A DNA stretch of 64,000 bases from Anaerolineales bacterium (GTDB lineage Bacteria > Chloroflexota > Anaerolineae > Anaerolineales > UBA4823): NCBI GenBank assembly GCA_020060465.1, contig JAGVAD010000016.1, positions 29,240 through 93,239 of the forward strand, written 5' to 3'. A program made the position numbers and the translations under genes. The notes beneath the pieces were generated by a model, which was not told the DNA's origin, ran no database searches, and was given only the letters and a program-made list of their open reading frames with translations. Below, piece by piece: positions 34,260 through 43,806 of this stretch. The first letter of the stretch is position 1; the number at the start of each line of letters is the position of its first letter.

Positions 34260-35339
34260 TTATCCGCTAAAACGCACGTGCATGATCTCGCCATCCTGCA
34301 CAACGTATTCTTTTCCCTCGAGGCGCAGGCGACCATGAGCACGAGCTTCCGCCAGACCACCCAGGTTGATTAAGTCCTCATAAGAGATCACCTCGGCGCG
34401 AATGAAGCCCTTTTGTAAATCGGAGTGGATCGCTCCGGCTGCCTCGACGGCGCTTGCGCCGCGCCGCACCGTCCAGGCGCGCACCTCGTCTTCGCCGACG
34501 GTGAAGAAGGATTGCACACCGAGCAAATCATAAGACAGACGGATCACGCGTTGTAAGCCAAGCTCCTGGATGCCGAATTCCAGCATAAAAAGCTGAGCCT
34601 CATCCGGCGGCAACTGCGCCAGTTCCATTTCCAGTCGCCCTTGCAACGGAAGCAGCGCGCTGCGTTGATGGGGATATTCAATTGCAGGCGGTTCCTGTCC
34701 ATCCGAAAGGTTAAGCACAAGCAACACCGGTTTACGGGTCAGAAAACCAAAGCCAGTGAGAGATTTTTCGTCCTCTGGAGAAATTTCCAGGTCGCGCAAG
34801 GGGATGTCCGCCATCAGCGCGTCTTTGAAGCTTTCAAAGAGCGCCGTCTCGCGCTCGATGAGCGCCTTATCGCGCCCGCCGCCTTTCTTGCGCTCCTCGG
34901 TCAACTTCTCCAGGCGGCGCTCTACCATCATTAAGTCGCTGAGCGCCAGCTCGCTGTCCAGCGCCAGCAAATCGCGACGCGGGTCCACGCTGCCCGCTGG
35001 ATGGGGAACGGTGGGGTTTTCAAAGCAGCGCACGACGTGTACAAAACCATCCAACTGGCTGAGCTGGTTGAGCAGCGAACCGGATAAACCGTTTTTCCCG
35101 TTGCCGTTGTTGCTGCCCTCCAGACCGGCGATGTCCGCATAAGCCACTTTGGCGTAAGTGGTCTTTTGCGGGCGAAACAGCGCCGATAGACGCTCAACGC
35201 GCGCATCTGGCACTTCGATCATTGCAGTACGCACTTCAAAACGTCCGCCGCTGATGGTGGTGGGCTGATCGCCGCGGGTGAGCGCATTGAAAATGGTAGT
35301 TTTACCAGACTGAGGCAAACCGATAATACCCAAACGCAT
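34260..35339 (-). CDS. ychF: Redox-regulated ATPase YchF
   Basis: MRLGIIGLPQSGKTTIFNALT (G1), DIAGL (G3), and a C-terminal TGS-like block AIHSDLQKGFIRAEV. The start is at MRLGI (35339); the ORF track extends to 35462. Confidence 0.9.
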   Translation of the reverse strand: MRLGIIGLPQSGKTTIFNALTRGDQPTTISGGRFEVRTAMIEVPDARVERLSALFRPQKTTYAKVAYADIAGLEGSNNGNGKNGLSGSLLNQLSQLDGFVHVVRCFENPTVPHPAGSVDPRRDLLALDSELALSDLMMVERRLEKLTEERKKGGGRDKALIERETALFESFKDALMADIPLRDLEISPEDEKSLTGFGFLTRKPVLLVLNLSDGQEPPAIEYPHQRSALLPLQGRLEMELAQLPPDEAQLFMLEFGIQELGLQRVIRLSYDLLGVQSFFTVGEDEVRAWTVRRGASAVEAAGAIHSDLQKGFIRAEVISYEDLINLGGLAEARAHGRLRLEGKEYVVQDGEIMHVRFSG

Positions 35340-35472
35340 GGGACTTACTTTATTGCTCCTGTTCAACAAATTGAATGAAAGGGCTTCCCTGGCGGGAAGC
35401 CACAAGGAGACTATTATAATCGAATTTCCCCTCCCTTCGATGGTGATTCGCGAGATGCCCACCTAACCGGTC

Positions 35473-35500
35473 TTGACAACCGCGTCATTTTGCAGATAAT
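35473..35500 (+). promoter_or_regulatory. Sigma-70-type promoter of the pheST leader
   Basis: TTGACA 35473-35478, 16-nt spacer, GATAAT 35495-35500. Confidence 0.55.
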
Positions 35501-35505
35501 TAGAG

Positions 35506-35810
35506 CAACAACCGACCACCACTAAAGGCTGTGAAAGAAGAAAGTAAGCCGTCAGGAAGCCGACAGGGAGGCGCGGGCGTTGACTGAGACCCCGCCAGGC
35601 AGAAAACGGCTGAAGTTCCTTCTGGAGCCTCCCAGGTGAATGGCGCAACTTTCGCCGCCTAGTAGTTTGGGACGCAACTCCAGCGTTAACGGGAGAGCCA
35701 ATCGCCATCATTGGCCGTTGGCGTAAAGCGGGCTGCCTGGTGCAGCCAATCAGGGTGGTACCGCGGGCATCAAAAAACGATCCCGTCCCTTTGTGGGAGG
35801 GGATTTTTTT
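35506..35810 (+). promoter_or_regulatory. T-box riboswitch leader (tRNA-Phe sensing) with intrinsic terminator
   Basis: Canonical T-box sequence AAUCAGGGUGGUACCGCGGG at 35748-35767. Terminator stem atcccgtccc / gggaggggat (35780-35804) followed by a T7 run to 35810. Stem I candidate has AGUA (35543-35546), helix agccgu (35547-35552) / acggcu (35606-35611), then GAAG-UUC (UUC at 35616-35618). It lies directly upstream of pheS. Confidence 0.8.
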
Positions 35811-35828
35811 AATGATTGAGGAGGAGCC

Positions 35829-36854
35829 ATGCTCGAATCTTTAAACCAGATCGAACGCCAGGCGCTGAACGAGTTGGAGGCGACCCAGGATGAGGACTCT
35901 CTGCAGCGCTGGAAGGTCGCACACCTGGGGCGCAATTCGCCGCTGATGCGCGTCTTCGACCAGCTTGGCGCATTGCCCAAAGAGGAGCGCCCAACCATCG
36001 GGCGGCGCGCCAACGAGGTAAAGCGCGCCCTGGAAACCGCCTTTGAAGGGCGCAGCCAGGCGCTCATTCAGGCAGCAGTTCAGCGTTCGCTGCAAGCGGA
36101 GCGGTTAGACGTTACCCTGCCGGGTCGGCCGATTGCGCGCGGCCGCCTGCACCCCAATACGCAAACCCTGCGACGCATCTACCGCATCTTCGGAGATATG
36201 GGATTCCAGGTATTTCGTTCGCGCGAAGTAGAGACCGACGAATACAACTTTGAATTGCTCAACATCCCGGCCCATCACCCGGCGCGCGATATGTGGGATA
36301 CCTTCTACACCACCACGCCCGGCGTGATTCTGCGTACGCACACTTCGCCGGGTCAGATCCATGTCATGCGCCAGTACGCGCCTGAACCGATCCGCGTAAT
36401 TTTGCCCGGCATGTGCTACCGTTATGAGCAGGTTAGCGCCCGCAAAGACACGCAGTTCAACCAGGTTGAAGGTCTGGCGGTTGGCCGCAACATCACCTTT
36501 GGCGATTTAAAGGGAACGCTCACCGATTTCGCCCGCCGCATGTTTGGCGAAAATGTGCGCACGCGCTTCCGCGCCTCACACTTCCCTTTCACCGAACCCA
36601 GCGCTGAAATGGACATCGAATGCTTTATCTGCGGCGGGGCAGGTTGCAGTGTGTGCGGCGGCAGCGGCTGGTTGGAGATCCTCGGCTCCGGCATGGTGCA
36701 TCCGGTTGTGCTGCGCAACGGCGGCTACGACCCGCAAATCTATTCCGGCTTTGCTTTCGGCATGGGGCCTGAACGCATCACCATGCTCAAACATCGCATT
36801 GAAGACATCCGTCATCTTTGGATGAACGACTTGCGCTTCCTGGAGCAGTTCTAA
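35829..36854 (+). CDS. pheS: Phenylalanine--tRNA ligase alpha subunit
   Basis: HPARDMWDTFY, LRTHTSPGQ, FRASHFPFTEPSAEMD, GSGMVHP. These are class II aaRS PheS blocks. Confidence 0.95.
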   Translation: MLESLNQIERQALNELEATQDEDSLQRWKVAHLGRNSPLMRVFDQLGALPKEERPTIGRRANEVKRALETAFEGRSQALIQAAVQRSLQAERLDVTLPGRPIARGRLHPNTQTLRRIYRIFGDMGFQVFRSREVETDEYNFELLNIPAHHPARDMWDTFYTTTPGVILRTHTSPGQIHVMRQYAPEPIRVILPGMCYRYEQVSARKDTQFNQVEGLAVGRNITFGDLKGTLTDFARRMFGENVRTRFRASHFPFTEPSAEMDIECFICGGAGCSVCGGSGWLEILGSGMVHPVVLRNGGYDPQIYSGFAFGMGPERITMLKHRIEDIRHLWMNDLRFLEQF

Positions 36855-36926
36855 ACCCGCGCTTTGCTGGCGGGTCAATTTTCCAAAGGAACGCCGGAAA
36901 ATCGTTGGACAAAATACGGAGGACTC

Positions 36927-39476
36927 ATGAAAATACCTCTTTCCTGGTTAAAAGAATTCGTTGACATTCAACTCCCGCTGCCGGAGCTGGCGCGCTTGCT
37001 GACCATGGCTGGACTGGAAGTCGAAGCTATCCAGGTGGTGGGGCTGCCTATGCCCACCAGCGCAGACCTGCACAACGCGGCGCACCATGAGATCAAGATC
37101 GAAGGACTTTCTTGGGAGGCGGATAAGATCGTGACCGCGGCCGTGTACGAAGTCATGCCTCACCCTAACGCCGACCGATTGGTGCTGTGCCGGCTGGATG
37201 ATGGGCAACAGGAGCATATCGTACTCACCGGCGCGCCGAACCTGTATCCTTACAAAGGACTTGGACCGCTGCCCGAACCGCTGAAAGTGCCTTACGCCAA
37301 AGAAGGAGCGCGCATCTATGATGGGCATCAGCCAGGGCAGGTGTTGACCACGCTCAAGCGCGCCAGGATTCGTGGCGTCGACTCCTATTCGATGATCTGT
37401 TCCGAAAAAGAGTTAGGCATCTCCGATGAGCACGAGGGCGTCATCATCCTTGACCCTGACGCGCCGGTTGGCATACCGTTGGCGGATTATATCGGCGACG
37501 CAGTGCTGGATATTGCCATCACGCCCAACATCGCCCGCTGCGCCAGCGTGTTAGGCGTGGCGCGCGAGGTGGCGGCGCTCACCGGGCAACCGCTGCGTCA
37601 ACCGGATTATTCTGTTCAAATGGATGGCCCTTCAATTGAGGGGTTGGCGTCTATCGAAATTCAGGAACCCGAGTTGAATCCGCGCTTTGTGCTTGGCCTG
37701 GCGCAAAATGTTACTATCCGCCCCAGCCCATACAAAGTCCAGTTGCGCCTCAAACTGGCTGGTATGCGCCCTATTGATAACATCGTGGACGCCACCAACT
37801 ATGTCATGCTGGAAACCGGTCAGCCGCTGCACGCCTTTGATTATGATGTACTGACGCAACGCGCCGGCGGACAGTCTCCAACGATCATCACCCGTCGGGC
37901 GCGCTCAGGTGAACGATTGACCACCCTGGACGACGTAGAGCGCGAGCTGGACGATTTCACCGTGCTGGTGTGCGACACCGCCGGGGCGCTCTCTATTGCC
38001 GGGGTGATGGGTGGCGCCGAATCAGAAGTGAGCGCCAACACGCGCAATATCCTGTTGGAGGGCGCAGCCTGGAATTTCATCAACATCCGTCGCACAGTGA
38101 GCGCCCAAAAACTGCAATCTGAGGCGGCTTATCGCTTCTCGCGCGGCGTTCACCCGGCTATGGCGGAGCGCGGTGTGCGCCGCTGCCTGGAGTTGATTCG
38201 CCGTTGGGCTGGCGGCGTAATCGCGCAGGGGCTGATAGACAACTATCCGTTGCCGCCGCGCGACCCAATCGTGGAGATCTCAGCCAGCGATGTACGCCGC
38301 TGGCTGGGCATTGATCTCACGCCGCAGGAGATCGCCGATCTGCTGGCGCGCCTGGAATTCAAGACCGAGATCATTGGACAGACGGTGCGCGCCCAGACGC
38401 CGGATCACCGTCTGGACATCGGCGAAGGCGTGGTCGGCATGGCTGATCTGATGGAAGAGATTGCGCGCATTTACGGCTATGAGCGCATTCCCGAAACGCG
38501 CATGGACGACGAACTACCGCCTCAGCGCAACAATCTCGAACTGGAACGCGAAGAGCGCATCCGCGATGCGCTGGTCAACCTGGGGTTGCAGGAGATCGCC
38601 ACCTATCGCCTGACATCGCCGGAGCGTGAGGCGCGGCGCTTTCCGCCAGGCGCAGCGCCAGACGACCTGCCTTACGTTCAATTAGCCAATCCGATCGCCG
38701 CCGACCGTTATGTGATGCGCCATAGCTTGCTCTCCAGTGTTTTGGAAGTTGTGGAGCGCAACGCCCGTTTGCGCCCGCGCCTGGCGCTGTTCGAGATCGG
38801 GCCTGTGTATCTTGCCTCGGAGGAAGGCCTCTTGCCGGATGAAGCGCCGCGCCTGGCAATCGCCCTTAGCGGCCCGCGTGCTCCGGCTGGCTGGCAAGCC
38901 GCGGACAGCGCGCCCATGGACTTCTATGATCTCAAAGGGATTCTCGAATCCCTGCTGGAAGATCTGCATATCACGGGTGTTCGCTATGAACCCGCGGAAC
39001 ATCCCAGCTTTCATCCGGGCAAATGCGCCCGCATTCGCGTGGGCGAGCACGCCCTCGGCGTATTCGGCGAGCTGCATCCATTGGTGCGGGTGAACTACGA
39101 ATTGCCTGAAACACCTCTGCTGGCTGCAGAGCTGAATGTGCGCGCCCTCATTGCGTTGACCCCCGACCGCTTCGAAATCTCTGCGGTACCGGTCTTCCCG
39201 CCAGTGCTGGAAGACCTGGCGGTGGTGGTGGATGAAAACCTGCCCGCCGATCAGGTGGAGGCGGTCATCCGACAGGCGGGCGGCAAGGCATTGGCAGATC
39301 TGCGCCTGTTCGATGTGTACCGCGGCGAACAAATCGGCGCTGGCAAGAAGAGCCTGGCCTATAGCCTGGCTTATCAATCGCCGGAGCGCACGCTCACCGC
39401 CGATGAAGCGCAGAAAATCCGGCAAAGGATTATCCGCCAGTTGGAGAGAGAGTTGGGGGCTCAATTGAGAAGCTGA
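36927..39476 (+). CDS. pheT: Phenylalanine--tRNA ligase beta subunit
   Basis: MKIPLSWLKEFV start, B3/4 and B5 region, and a C-terminal FDVYRGEQIGAGKKSLAYSL (FDX-ACB). The start is at MKIPLS; the ORF track begins at 36864. Confidence 0.95.
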   Translation: MKIPLSWLKEFVDIQLPLPELARLLTMAGLEVEAIQVVGLPMPTSADLHNAAHHEIKIEGLSWEADKIVTAAVYEVMPHPNADRLVLCRLDDGQQEHIVLTGAPNLYPYKGLGPLPEPLKVPYAKEGARIYDGHQPGQVLTTLKRARIRGVDSYSMICSEKELGISDEHEGVIILDPDAPVGIPLADYIGDAVLDIAITPNIARCASVLGVAREVAALTGQPLRQPDYSVQMDGPSIEGLASIEIQEPELNPRFVLGLAQNVTIRPSPYKVQLRLKLAGMRPIDNIVDATNYVMLETGQPLHAFDYDVLTQRAGGQSPTIITRRARSGERLTTLDDVERELDDFTVLVCDTAGALSIAGVMGGAESEVSANTRNILLEGAAWNFINIRRTVSAQKLQSEAAYRFSRGVHPAMAERGVRRCLELIRRWAGGVIAQGLIDNYPLPPRDPIVEISASDVRRWLGIDLTPQEIADLLARLEFKTEIIGQTVRAQTPDHRLDIGEGVVGMADLMEEIARIYGYERIPETRMDDELPPQRNNLELEREERIRDALVNLGLQEIATYRLTSPEREARRFPPGAAPDDLPYVQLANPIAADRYVMRHSLLSSVLEVVERNARLRPRLALFEIGPVYLASEEGLLPDEAPRLAIALSGPRAPAGWQAADSAPMDFYDLKGILESLLEDLHITGVRYEPAEHPSFHPGKCARIRVGEHALGVFGELHPLVRVNYELPETPLLAAELNVRALIALTPDRFEISAVPVFPPVLEDLAVVVDENLPADQVEAVIRQAGGKALADLRLFDVYRGEQIGAGKKSLAYSLAYQSPERTLTADEAQKIRQRIIRQLERELGAQLRS

Positions 39477-39485
39477 AATCCAGGT

Positions 39486-39520
39486 CAGGTGCGAGGCATT
39501 TCGGAATCGCCTCGCACCTG
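39486..39520 (+). terminator. Perfect 12-bp hairpin after pheT
   Basis: caggtgcgaggc (39486-39497) / gcctcgcacctg (39509-39520) with an 11-nt loop. It starts 10 nt after the pheT stop. There is no clear U-tract. Confidence 0.5.
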
Positions 39521-39626
39521 AAATCGGGGGCAAGAGCGACCGTCAACTTATTCAGGCACTCTGATTGGGCGTCTTTCAATCCCACCATTATTGATTTAAG
39601 ATATAATACGACAAGAAAAATCTTTA

Positions 39627-40550
39627 TTGTCTGTTTTTGGAAATTCTGGGGAGATGAGGCACTTCGTGAACAACCGACAATATATCGGCAAAGACGCCAA
39701 CCAGTTCAACTTCGAATTCATCCGCTATGAAAAAGCGGGGCCGCGGGCAACCATCACCATTCACCGCCCACAGGTTCTCAACGCGGTCAATTTTGGCGTG
39801 TTATCTGAGATGAATCTGGCGCTCAAAGACGCCAGTTGGGATGACGCCATCGCTGTTTTGGTCCTGACCGGCGCCGGGGAGCGCGCTTTTTGCACCGGCG
39901 CGGATCTGGATGAACAACAGCAGTTCTTAGAACGGCCACGTGACTATTGGAAATGGATGGGCGAATTCATCGAATGCCACGAGCGGCTACGCAACCTGGG
40001 CAAACCCACACTGGCTCGCCTGAATGGCATTGTGGTTGGTGGCGGTAATGAATTTAACTTGAGCTGCGATCTGGCAGTGGCCGCGGATGACATCTATATC
40101 CGTCATGTAGGCACCAGCCACGGCAGTGTGGCGCTGGCTGGTGCAACCCAATTCTTGCCATTGATCGTCGGCGAACGGCGGGCGCGTGAAATCCTGCTCC
40201 TGAACGAAGAAATCCCCGCCCAGAGGGCGTTAGAGTGGGGATTGGTCAACTGGGTGACGCCGCGGGCGGAGCTGGACGCAAAGGTGGATGAGATCGTTGA
40301 AAAATTGGTCAACAAGTTCCCCGAAAAGACGCGCTACACCAAACAACAGCTAAACTTCTGGCGCGATCTGAGCTGGCATCTGACCATTGGTCATGGCCGC
40401 GAATGGCTGGCGATCCACAACACCAGCCCGGAGACCTGGGAGGGGGTGCGCGCCTTCAACCAGAAACGCGCTCCCAATTATGCCGAAATCCGCCGCCGCT
40501 GGGCGGAAGATGACGCCCCGGAGTGGTTATCGGGAGAAAAACCCCAGTGA
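39627..40550 (+). CDS. Enoyl-CoA hydratase/isomerase-family protein (upstream of paaABCD)
   Basis: ITIHRPQVLNAV, VLTGAGERAFCTGADL, LNGIVVGGGNEFNLSCD. The start is uncertain (TTG 39627, ATG 39651 or GTG 39666). Confidence 0.75.
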   Translation: MSVFGNSGEMRHFVNNRQYIGKDANQFNFEFIRYEKAGPRATITIHRPQVLNAVNFGVLSEMNLALKDASWDDAIAVLVLTGAGERAFCTGADLDEQQQFLERPRDYWKWMGEFIECHERLRNLGKPTLARLNGIVVGGGNEFNLSCDLAVAADDIYIRHVGTSHGSVALAGATQFLPLIVGERRAREILLLNEEIPAQRALEWGLVNWVTPRAELDAKVDEIVEKLVNKFPEKTRYTKQQLNFWRDLSWHLTIGHGREWLAIHNTSPETWEGVRAFNQKRAPNYAEIRRRWAEDDAPEWLSGEKPQ

Positions 40551-40701
40551 TACGGAGCGCAAAGCAGATTTGGCCGTGAATTGGGCAAAGAAGCCATCAG
40601 GCATTACACACCGGTGAAGACGGTTGGGGTGGGTTCGGGATAGATGCTATAGCGCAGCAATATTGAACAGACGGCGATTTTGTCCGTATTGAGGAAAAGA
40701 G

Positions 40702-41667
40702 ATGTATGGGACGACGACCGGAGAAATAGATGAAACCCAGGAAGAGCAGGAACGGCTGCTCGCTTTTGAGGCGCGTATTGCACGCGGCGAAAAGATCGAG
40801 CCGGGCGATTGGATGCCCGCCGAATATCGCCGTCAGCTAATCCGCATGATCTCGCAGCACGCCCATAGTGAAATCGTCGGCCAGCTTCCTGAAGGCGCCT
40901 GGATCACCCGCGCTCCCTCCCTGCGACGCAAAATGATCCTGCTGGCCAAGGTGCAGGACGAGGCTGGGCATGGACAATATCTGTATCACGCCGCCGAAAC
41001 GCTGGGCGTGAGGCGTGAAGAAATGCTGGAGGCGCTTCTCGCCGGCAAAGCAAAATATTCTAACGTGTTCAATTACCCGACCCTCACCTGGGCGGATGTC
41101 GGCGTGATCGGTTATTTGGTGGATTTCGCTGCCATTCTCAATCAGACGATGCTGGCGCGTTGCTCTTATGGTCCGTATGCGCGGGCAATGGTGCGCATCT
41201 GCGCCGAGGAAAACTTTCACAAGAAACAAGGGCAAGATATTGTCATCCGGCTGGCGCAGGGCACGCCGTGCCAGAGAGCGATGGTGCAAGACGCCATCAA
41301 CCGCTGGTGGCAGCCAACTCTGATGATGTTCGGCCCGCCGGATCATGATTCGCCCAATACGCCAATCCTGAAACGCTGGGGCATCAAAACCAAAACCAAC
41401 GACGAGTTGCGCCAGGTCTTTCTGGACACAATCGTCCCAGAGCTGCACGCCCTGGGGTTGACCATACCCGACCCAGACCTGCGTTACGACGAAGGGAGCG
41501 GACACTGGCTGATTGGTCCCATTCATTGGGACGAGTTCTGGCGCGTGGTGCGGGGAGAAGGTCCTTGCAACAAAGAACGCATGGCGGCGCGCATTCAGGC
41601 TCATGAGGATGGCCGCTGGGTGCGCCAGGCGCTGGCGGCGTATGCGCAGAAGCAAACCGCCGCCTGA
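40702..41667 (+). CDS. paaA: 1,2-phenylacetyl-CoA epoxidase, catalytic subunit PaaA
   Basis: Ferritin-like di-iron protein with two E-x-x-H motifs (QDEAGHG, AEENFHK). The size and order A-B-C-D fit. Confidence 0.85.
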   Translation: MYGTTTGEIDETQEEQERLLAFEARIARGEKIEPGDWMPAEYRRQLIRMISQHAHSEIVGQLPEGAWITRAPSLRRKMILLAKVQDEAGHGQYLYHAAETLGVRREEMLEALLAGKAKYSNVFNYPTLTWADVGVIGYLVDFAAILNQTMLARCSYGPYARAMVRICAEENFHKKQGQDIVIRLAQGTPCQRAMVQDAINRWWQPTLMMFGPPDHDSPNTPILKRWGIKTKTNDELRQVFLDTIVPELHALGLTIPDPDLRYDEGSGHWLIGPIHWDEFWRVVRGEGPCNKERMAARIQAHEDGRWVRQALAAYAQKQTAA

Positions 41668-41687
41668 TTCAGGATGACATAAGATCA

Positions 41688-42218
41688 ATGAATGACACCC
41701 AATGGCGGCGTTTTGAGGTATTCGTCCAGGAAAAGCCTGGAACGCCCTATCTGGACGTTGGCTCGGTGCATGCCCCGGATGCAGAAATGGCGTTGCTCAA
41801 CGCGCGGGATGTCTTTGCTCGCCGGCCGGCGGCGATCAGCATGTGGGTCGTCCCTACAACGGCGATCTATTCAAAGACGGCGCAAGAATTAAACGATCTA
41901 TATTTTGAGCAGCTTCAATTGGATGCGCAAGCCGAAGACGCTGAACCTTATTATGTATTTTGCAAAGCCAAATCTGCCGGGACGCAGACTTTGCTGGGGA
42001 CCGTCGAGGCAATTTCCCCGGCGCAGGCCATGCAGCAAGCCGTGGCCGCGTTCTCCGGCGAGAAGGCGCCCTTTGCCTGGTGGGTCTTTCCCGTCCGCTA
42101 TGTGACCCCAAACGACCCCCAGGATGCCGATTCGCTCTATGCGCCCGCCCATGAGAAGAGTTTCCGCATGTCCACCGATTTTCACACCTACACAGCCATG
42201 CGTAGTCTGAAGAAATGA
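41688..42218 (+). CDS. paaB: PaaB-like subunit, internally duplicated (two PaaB cores in one chain)
   Basis: Core 1 is WRRFEVFVQEKPGTPYLDVGSVHAPDAEMALLNARDVFARRPAAISMWVVP. Core 2 is PYYVFCKAKSAGTQTLLGTVEAISPAQAMQQAVAAFSGEKAPFAWWVFP. E. coli PaaB is about 95 aa with one core. Confidence 0.7.
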   Translation: MNDTQWRRFEVFVQEKPGTPYLDVGSVHAPDAEMALLNARDVFARRPAAISMWVVPTTAIYSKTAQELNDLYFEQLQLDAQAEDAEPYYVFCKAKSAGTQTLLGTVEAISPAQAMQQAVAAFSGEKAPFAWWVFPVRYVTPNDPQDADSLYAPAHEKSFRMSTDFHTYTAMRSLKK

Positions 42219-42242
42219 GGGCGTAAACGCGGAACCATAAAC

Positions 42243-43016
42243 TTGAATATGGACTCATCCCTCTTGCACGACTTTCGCGAATTTTTATTCGCCCTCGCCG
42301 ATGACGAGCTGATCCTGGGTCACCGCGCTTCGGAATGGTGCGGCCACGCGCCTGTTCTAGAGGAAGATATTGCTTTTGCCAACATCGCCCTGGACGAGAT
42401 CGGCCATGCCGCGGCCTGGTACTCGATCCTGGCTGAAGTAGAAGGTCAGGATCCCGATTTGTATCCCGACCAGCTCGTTTATTTCCGATCTGCGGAAGAT
42501 TTCCGCAACGCCCAGATTGTCGAACTGCCCAACGGCGATTGGGCGTTCACTATGTTACGCCAGTATCTTTTCGACGCCGCCGAGAAAACGCGCCTGGCGG
42601 CTTTGAAGCGTAGCGCCTACCAGCCTGTGGCGCAGGTAGCAGAAAAAATGCTGCGCGAGGAACTCTATCACGAGCGCCACACACGCTTGTGGGTGTTGCG
42701 TTTAAGCCGCGGCACAGAGGAGAGCCATCGGCGTATGCAATCCGCTCTGGAAGCTTGCTGGCCGTATATGGCGCAGTTGCTCGCCCCCACGTCGGGTCTC
42801 TCCCGCCTGGCCGGCGCCGGGGTCGCGCCCGAGGCGCAGACGTGGCTCGCCAATTGGCAAGCCACTGTGCTCCCTTTCCTGGAAACAGAATGCGGACTTA
42901 TCCTACCGACCGAAATTCCACCGGCGCTCGAACGCAGCGTTCACACGCCTCACCTGCGGGTCATTCTGGCTGAGATGCAATCGCTCCCCCGCCAGGAGCC
43001 TGAGGCGCAATGGTGA
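42243..43016 (+). CDS. paaC: 1,2-phenylacetyl-CoA epoxidase, structural subunit PaaC
   Basis: Ferritin-like protein with ALADDELILGHRASEW and LDEIGHAAAWY. It sits in the third position of the cluster. The likely ATG is at 42249. Confidence 0.8.
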   Translation: MNMDSSLLHDFREFLFALADDELILGHRASEWCGHAPVLEEDIAFANIALDEIGHAAAWYSILAEVEGQDPDLYPDQLVYFRSAEDFRNAQIVELPNGDWAFTMLRQYLFDAAEKTRLAALKRSAYQPVAQVAEKMLREELYHERHTRLWVLRLSRGTEESHRRMQSALEACWPYMAQLLAPTSGLSRLAGAGVAPEAQTWLANWQATVLPFLETECGLILPTEIPPALERSVHTPHLRVILAEMQSLPRQEPEAQW

Positions 43017-43050
43017 GCGGTTACTCTTTGAAGGGAAATCCGAAACGACA

Positions 43051-43530
43051 ATGATGACCGCAGAAGAGATCTGGCGCATACTGGAACAGGTGAAAGACCC
43101 TGAAATCCCCGCTGTATCGGTGGTGGAGCTAGGGATGATCCGCAGCGTGGGTGTCGAAGGGGATCAGATCATTGTAACCCTGACGCCTACTTTCATTGGC
43201 TGTCCGGCGCTGCAGATGATACAGTCGGAGATTGAGGCGCGTTTGCTCCAGGCAGGCGCGCCGGAGGTGAGGACGCGCCTGTCGCTCTCTCCCGCCTGGA
43301 GCAGCGATTGGATCACCTCTGCCGGGCGCGACCGCTTGAAAGCTATGGGCTTAGCGCCCCCACCGCGCCATGAGGGGCAGTTAGAAGCTGCCTTGCTGGT
43401 GGAAGTCAACTGTCCTTACTGCGGCTCGTCGAAAACCGAGTTGAAAAACGACTTTGGCTCGACGCTCTGCCGGGCAATATATGTCTGCAACGCTTGCCGC
43501 CAGCCATTTGAGCAATTTAAGCCGATCTGA
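43051..43530 (+). CDS. paaD: Phenylacetate-CoA oxygenase subunit PaaD (DUF59/MIP18 domain + C-terminal zinc ribbon)
   Basis: VKDPEIPAVSVVELGMI (DUF59) and a C-terminal CPYCGS...CNAC. Confidence 0.8.
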   Translation: MMTAEEIWRILEQVKDPEIPAVSVVELGMIRSVGVEGDQIIVTLTPTFIGCPALQMIQSEIEARLLQAGAPEVRTRLSLSPAWSSDWITSAGRDRLKAMGLAPPPRHEGQLEAALLVEVNCPYCGSSKTELKNDFGSTLCRAIYVCNACRQPFEQFKPI

Positions 43531-43806
43531 GCCGCGCTCGTTGAAAGCTGCTCTTGACCGGAGCTCGTTCTTTCATCCGATCTTATTTGATCGTCTCCCT
43601 CTTGAGCGTTGGTATTGTCATGAACAACAGTTCGCCTCGAAGGATGAAAATATTGTCACCGCGTTCGCACGAGCCGCCGAGAGACTATTTTCCTCTCAGA
43701 CGCAGCATACGCGAAGATTTCCTTCCATTCTCTCTTGCTCTCTGTGCCCTCCGTGGCTCAAACACTGCACAGGGAGACCATCTCTTATTTCCTCAGGAGG
43801 AAAAGT

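Noticed and set aside
35463-35711. An 82-aa minus-strand ORF in the ychF-pheS gap.
   Set aside because: It is entirely antisense to the T-box leader, which explains the sequence. It has no RBS and is Arg/Pro-rich.
43531-43806. The 276-nt spacer after paaD with ORFs 43454..43819 and 43554..43814. I considered it as a decayed paaE or a small gene.
   Set aside because: The translations show no ferredoxin Cys cluster or FNR-type (RxYS, GxGxxP) motifs in any frame. The ORFs overlap paaD or the EthD RBS and are low-complexity.
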